From: Patescibacteria group bacterium
GTDB lineage: Bacteria > Patescibacteriota > Minisyncoccia > Minisyncoccales > JAHCRE01
NCBI GenBank assembly: GCA_020148055.1
Contig: JAHCRF010000003.1
Coordinates: 1 to 52,442 of the forward strand
DNA length: 52,442 nucleotides
Reading direction: 5' to 3'
The notes under the pieces are model-generated. The model was not told the DNA's origin. It saw only the letters and a program-made list of their open reading frames with translations, and searched no databases. The stretch's first letter is position 1; each line of letters begins with the position of its first letter. Of the stretch, positions 48,563-52,442 are shown piece by piece. Made by a program: the position numbers and the translations under genes.

Positions 48563-49594
48563 CTATTTAAGGTATTCTGCTTTGGCGAGATTATGTTCTT
48601 CTAAGGTTTTATTAAAAATAGTCTCCCCTGTTGGTGTCGAAAGATAATACCAATATTCACTATTTTTAGGATACAATGAAGCCAAAATACTTTCAAGACC
48701 TGGACTGCAAATTGGACCTAAAGGAAGACCTTTATATTTATAAGTATTATAGGGCGAATCAATGTGAGTTTCCTCTTTTGAAATTTTTGTTGTTTTTTTT
48801 CCGGTAAGATAGCTAATTGTTGCATCAACTTGTAAGGGAATATTATTTTTTAATCTTTTCCATAAAATGCCTGAAACTAATTTTTTATCTTCAATAGTTT
48901 TAACTTCCTTTTCCAGCAAAGAAGCCATAGTTACTATTTCAAAAATTGTTTTGCTCTGGCGATTAATTTCTTCTTTCAAATCTAGAGTAAATTTCTTATC
49001 AAAATTTTCTAACATTTTTCTAACGATTTCTTCAATTTCTTGTTCTCTAATATAATAAGTATCTGGGAAAAGATAACCTTCCAATCCTAAATTTTTTGGC
49101 TTGTCTTTTAGAAAATCAAATTCTTGAGAAAAATCTTTTGGTTGAGGTAAATCAGTCACTTTCGAATAATCAATTAACGGGAAACCTACAATTTCAAAAA
49201 GTTCTTCGGCCTGAAACAATCCTCTATTCTCCAAATACCAACCAATATCTCTGAGATTCCAACCTTCAATAATGGTAATTTTTTCTTTCATTACATCTCC
49301 TGAAACAATTTTTTTTGCAATTTCAGAAATTGTCATCGAGGATGAAAATAAATACTGGCCGGATTTAAGTCTCTTATAATTCCCGGTCAAAAGTAAATAA
49401 AGATTAAAATAAGAGTCATCTTTAATTAGACCTTTGTTTGCCAAATTCCTTGAAATCTCAAAAAAACTCTGACCTCTTTCCACTAAAAATATTTTCTCTT
49501 GACCGAATGGGTTCTCTGGCAAATAAATACCCATCCAAATAAGGAGAATTGCAATTAAAATAATAGAAATGATTAAAAAAATGCGAAATTTCAT
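48563..49594 (-). CDS. mltG: Endolytic murein transglycosylase MltG (YceG-like)
   Basis: 343 aa. N-terminal TM helix, LysM-like segment, ASLLEKE catalytic-Glu region and YNTYKYKGLPLGPICSPG motif. Confidence 0.9.
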   Translation of the reverse strand: MKFRIFLIISIILIAILLIWMGIYLPENPFGQEKIFLVERGQSFFEISRNLANKGLIKDDSYFNLYLLLTGNYKRLKSGQYLFSSSMTISEIAKKIVSGDVMKEKITIIEGWNLRDIGWYLENRGLFQAEELFEIVGFPLIDYSKVTDLPQPKDFSQEFDFLKDKPKNLGLEGYLFPDTYYIREQEIEEIVRKMLENFDKKFTLDLKEEINRQSKTIFEIVTMASLLEKEVKTIEDKKLVSGILWKRLKNNIPLQVDATISYLTGKKTTKISKEETHIDSPYNTYKYKGLPLGPICSPGLESILASLYPKNSEYWYYLSTPTGETIFNKTLEEHNLAKAEYLK

Positions 49595-50211
49595 TTTTCT
49601 TTAGTAACCAACGGTACAAAGGCAAAGCCTGGATATTCTATTTCATCAAATTTTTCATCATCCTTTTTTATAAACAGCCAAATTGAAGTACCTATTGGTG
49701 TCACGATTCTTCCTCCAATATTTAACTGCTCTTTCCAGGCTTGAGGAATTTCTCTAGCTGAGGCTGAGGCTAATATTTTATCAAATGGAGCTTCTTTTTT
49801 ATAACCTTTTGAACCATCAGCACAAATAAATTTAACAACTCCTTTTTCAATAAAATTGTATTTTGAAACATTTTGCTCACCAAACTCTTTTAGCTCTGGA
49901 ATTATTTCAATAGCATTTACTTTTCCTTTCGGACCTACGATTTCAGCTAGCAAAGCCGTTGTCCAGCCGGAACCCGAACCGACGTCTAAAATTTTATCTC
50001 CAGGCTGAGGTGCCGATTGTTCAATCATAAAAGCAACCACCAAAGGTTGCGAGATTGTCTGACCAAAACCTATTGGTAAAGCTGTATTTGATTCAGCTAA
50101 ATTTTTAATGTCCTCTGGTAAAAAATCAACTCTTTTAATTTTCTTAAAAGCTTCTATTATTCTCGGCACTTTTAACCAACCTTCTTTAATTAATGAATCA
50201 ATTAGCGACAT
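49591..50211 (-). CDS. pcm: Protein-L-isoaspartate O-methyltransferase
   Basis: 206 aa. QTISQP, ILDVGSGSGWTTALLA SAM motif and FDKILASA motif. Confidence 0.9.
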   Translation of the reverse strand: MSLIDSLIKEGWLKVPRIIEAFKKIKRVDFLPEDIKNLAESNTALPIGFGQTISQPLVVAFMIEQSAPQPGDKILDVGSGSGWTTALLAEIVGPKGKVNAIEIIPELKEFGEQNVSKYNFIEKGVVKFICADGSKGYKKEAPFDKILASASAREIPQAWKEQLNIGGRIVTPIGTSIWLFIKKDDEKFDEIEYPGFAFVPLVTKEK

Positions 50212-50234
50212 ATTTGATATTTGATCTATATTTT

Positions 50235-51446
50235 TTATTCGTAACGAAGGGCATCGACCGGTTTAAGCTTTGCGGCACTTCTAGCTGGGAGAAATCCGGA
50301 GAGGCATCCAATCAAAAAAGAAAATGTTAAGCCAAAAATAATGAGACCGGGTGAGATAGAAGCTGAGATATAGAAAACTGGATGAATCTGGCCAACAAGT
50401 TCAATTAATTTAGCTAACCCCAATCCAAATATCATTCCTCCTATCCCTCCTACCAGACCAATAACACCTGATTCAATTAAAAAGACTGATGTTATAGTAG
50501 AACTTTTCGCTCCAACTGCTTTTAAAATTCCTATCTCTCGAGTTCGTTCATGGACAGAAGTATACATTGTGTTCATTATACCTATTCCTCCTACAATCAT
50601 TGCAATACTGGCAAAGGCAAAAACCGCAAGTTGAATTACGCCCATAATGTTACTAACCATTCCAGTCATTGCTTCATTGGTTAAAACAGAAAAAGAACTC
50701 TCTTCTTCCCCTCTTTGTCTTCTTCTTGTTTCCAAAAGATTCTCCTTTATGTCCTCTGCCACTTCTTCAGGAGAAAATCCGGATGCAATTTTGGCAACAG
50801 CCTGGGGTGCACCTTCTTTTTTACCTGTAATTTCACGAAAAATATCCAAATCGATACCAATCATAGAATCATCTTGTCGACTTCCTAAAGATTTTAATAT
50901 TCCAACAATTTCAAACTGCTTTCCTTTTATGGTGGTTCTTGTACCTGTTTTCAAACCAGGGAAAATTTCTTTTGGCACTAAATTACCAACTAGAATCTCT
51001 CTTTTTCCAGCTTCTGGCCAACGGCCTTCAGCCATATCCATACCCAAATCATCTTTATAGACTTCTAAAGCATTCTTCAAATCAATTCCAAACAAGAGAA
51101 CAGTCTTACTCTCGCCTTGGGATTTCATAACTTCTGCTTTATAAACATTAGGAATAACTACTTCTACTCCCCTAGTCTTTCTTATCGCATTTAAGTCATC
51201 TTCTGTCAGTTCTGCGCCTCCAAGAAATGTGGTCATTATATCAGATAAGTTGCCGGGTATAATCATAACAATATCTTTACCTATCGCTCTTAATTGTTTA
51301 AGAACAGTTGCTTTTAATCCTTCACTTAAGGAAAGCAGAGACATTATTAAAAAAACACCGATAACGATACCTAGAATTGTCAACCAGCTTCTTAGGGGTC
51401 GAGTTCTAAGATTCTTAATTGCTATTTTAAAATATTCTGTTAGCAT
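50235..51446 (-). CDS. ABC transporter permease, MacB/FtsX-like
   Basis: 403 aa. N-terminal TM helix, large periplasmic domain, and a C-terminal FtsX 3-TM bundle (REIGILKAVGA). Confidence 0.85.
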   Translation of the reverse strand: MLTEYFKIAIKNLRTRPLRSWLTILGIVIGVFLIMSLLSLSEGLKATVLKQLRAIGKDIVMIIPGNLSDIMTTFLGGAELTEDDLNAIRKTRGVEVVIPNVYKAEVMKSQGESKTVLLFGIDLKNALEVYKDDLGMDMAEGRWPEAGKREILVGNLVPKEIFPGLKTGTRTTIKGKQFEIVGILKSLGSRQDDSMIGIDLDIFREITGKKEGAPQAVAKIASGFSPEEVAEDIKENLLETRRRQRGEEESSFSVLTNEAMTGMVSNIMGVIQLAVFAFASIAMIVGGIGIMNTMYTSVHERTREIGILKAVGAKSSTITSVFLIESGVIGLVGGIGGMIFGLGLAKLIELVGQIHPVFYISASISPGLIIFGLTFSFLIGCLSGFLPARSAAKLKPVDALRYE

Positions 51447-51510
51447 ATTAATTCAAGACTATATGTTTATATATTAGCGAATCAAGGTTCTTGAGCGAAG
51501 CGAAAGGTTC

Positions 51511-52233
51511 TTATTTTTTACTCTCCCAGAGAACTTTCTCTCCCAGCAAATGATCAGATGCTATTTGACCATCTTTAAGATTAATTATCTTCTCACTGTA
51601 ATCTGCGATATTAGGATCATGAGTTACAACGATAATAGTTTTTCCCTCTTCTTTATGAAGGTTGATTAGGACTTCCATTATTTTCTGACCAGTTACCGAA
51701 TCTAAGTTACCAGTTGGTTCATCAGCAATGACAACTTCGGGATTATTGGCTAAAGATCTAGCAATAGCTATCCTCTGTTGTTCGCCACCTGAAAGCTCGC
51801 TAGGCCGATGAGAAATTCTTTCTTTTAAACCAACTGAAGAAAGAAGAAATTTAGCTCTTTCTCTTCTTTTGCTTTCAGGAATACCTTGAAAAACCATCGG
51901 TATCGCTACATTTTCAAGGGCGTTAAGATTCGGCAATAAATTGAATTGTTGAAAGATAAAGCCGACTTTTTTACCTCTAATTTGAGCCCGTTCATCTTCT
52001 GAAAACCGAGAAGTGTTTTGCCCCTCTAAAAAAACTTCCCCTTTAGTGGGAGTATCCAAAAGTCCAATAATATTTAAAAGAGTTGATTTACCTGAACCGC
52101 TGGGACCTAAAATTGACACAAAACTACCTGGAGCAATCTCCAGGCTTATTTCCCTTAACACAGTGAGTTCTACTTTTCCTAACTGATAAATCTTCCAAAC
52201 ATTTTCTAATTTGATTAAAGAAGTCTCGGTCAT
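51511..52233 (-). CDS. ABC transporter ATP-binding protein (MacB/LolD-type)
   Basis: 240 aa. Walker A GPSGSGKST, Q-loop, signature LSGGEQQR, Walker B VVIADEPT and an H-loop. Confidence 0.92.
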   Translation of the reverse strand: MTETSLIKLENVWKIYQLGKVELTVLREISLEIAPGSFVSILGPSGSGKSTLLNIIGLLDTPTKGEVFLEGQNTSRFSEDERAQIRGKKVGFIFQQFNLLPNLNALENVAIPMVFQGIPESKRRERAKFLLSSVGLKERISHRPSELSGGEQQRIAIARSLANNPEVVIADEPTGNLDSVTGQKIMEVLINLHKEEGKTIIVVTHDPNIADYSEKIINLKDGQIASDHLLGEKVLWESKK

Positions 52234-52235
52234 AG

Positions 52236-52442
52236 CTATTTTATCACCACCTCTTCTCCCTCTTTTAAACCAGAGATAACTTCCACCATATCATCACTCC
52301 CTATTAAGCCAATCTCTATTTCTCGTTCCTGGAGAGTCTTCCCTATCAAGACTTGAACTATTGCTTTACCATCTTTTTTTTCTACTGCCTCCTCAGGAAT
52401 AACTAATACATTTTCTCTTGAGGCAGTTTTAATAATGATATC
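52236..52442 (-). CDS. Efflux periplasmic adaptor (HlyD/MacA-like), C-terminal fragment (N-terminus off the window end)
   Basis: Manual translation of the minus strand ends ...IGLIGSDDMVEVISGLKEGEEVVIK followed by TAG at 52238-52236, a typical membrane-fusion-protein C-terminus. It is 2 nt upstream of the ABC ATPase start. Confidence 0.7.
   Translation of the reverse strand, partial: DIIIKTASRENVLVIPEEAVEKKDGKAIVQVLIGKTLQEREIEIGLIGSDDMVEVISGLKEGEEVVIK

Noticed and set aside
1-52442. Prophage, integrase, transposase, toxin-antitoxin or other recognised defence-system genes.
   Set aside because: None of the ORFs shows integrase/recombinase, transposase DDE, restriction-modification, Cas, Abi or TA signatures by eye. 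RmuC is a single housekeeping-context gene next to rplU, and I saw no partner genes that would suggest a defence island.

Overview
Visibly AT-rich, gene-dense bacterial chromosome segment. It is coded mostly on the minus strand and has many 1-4 nt gene overlaps. tRNA genes lack an encoded CCA. The protein repertoire (membrane-anchored hypotheticals, a giant Fn3/LamG surface protein, a reduced dcw cluster) suggests a small-genome Patescibacteria/CPR-like organism; this is inference only. Housekeeping content: cysS, dnaB, recR, rplU, rmuC, mraZ-rsmH-ftsL-ftsI plus a MurF-like gene, rplJ-rplL, mltG, pcm, a MacAB-like ABC efflux set, a Ca2+ exchanger/P-type ATPase module, tRNA-Glu(CUC) and tRNA-Val(CAC). 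Items worth a second look: (1) A plus-strand lipid operon (about 35.5-44.1 kb) joins a DAK2-DegV fusion, an archaeal-type thiolase, a B12-dependent radical SAM enzyme and a DUF35-DUF362 fusion to FabG-FabZ-FabK-PlsC. No KAS, FabD or ACP gene is in the window. A CDP-alcohol phosphatidyltransferase and an archaeal CarS-like gene lie next to it. (2) A promoter, structured leader (candidate cobalamin riboswitch) and terminator/antiterminator sit upstream of a DUF4430/prenyltransferase-repeat surface operon that ends in a small membrane transporter. (3) Three families of GC-rich repeated elements stand out in the AT-rich background. One is a 91-nt structured element with compensatory changes immediately upstream of rsmH and fabG. 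One is a set of inverted-repeat elements abutting TAA stop codons. One is a C-rich (G4-prone) motif found in two coding regions and in a tRNA-like sequence. (4) An intact tRNA-Val is nested between the 5' and 3' halves of a second tRNA-like sequence. All functional calls come from by-eye motif recognition. No database search was run.
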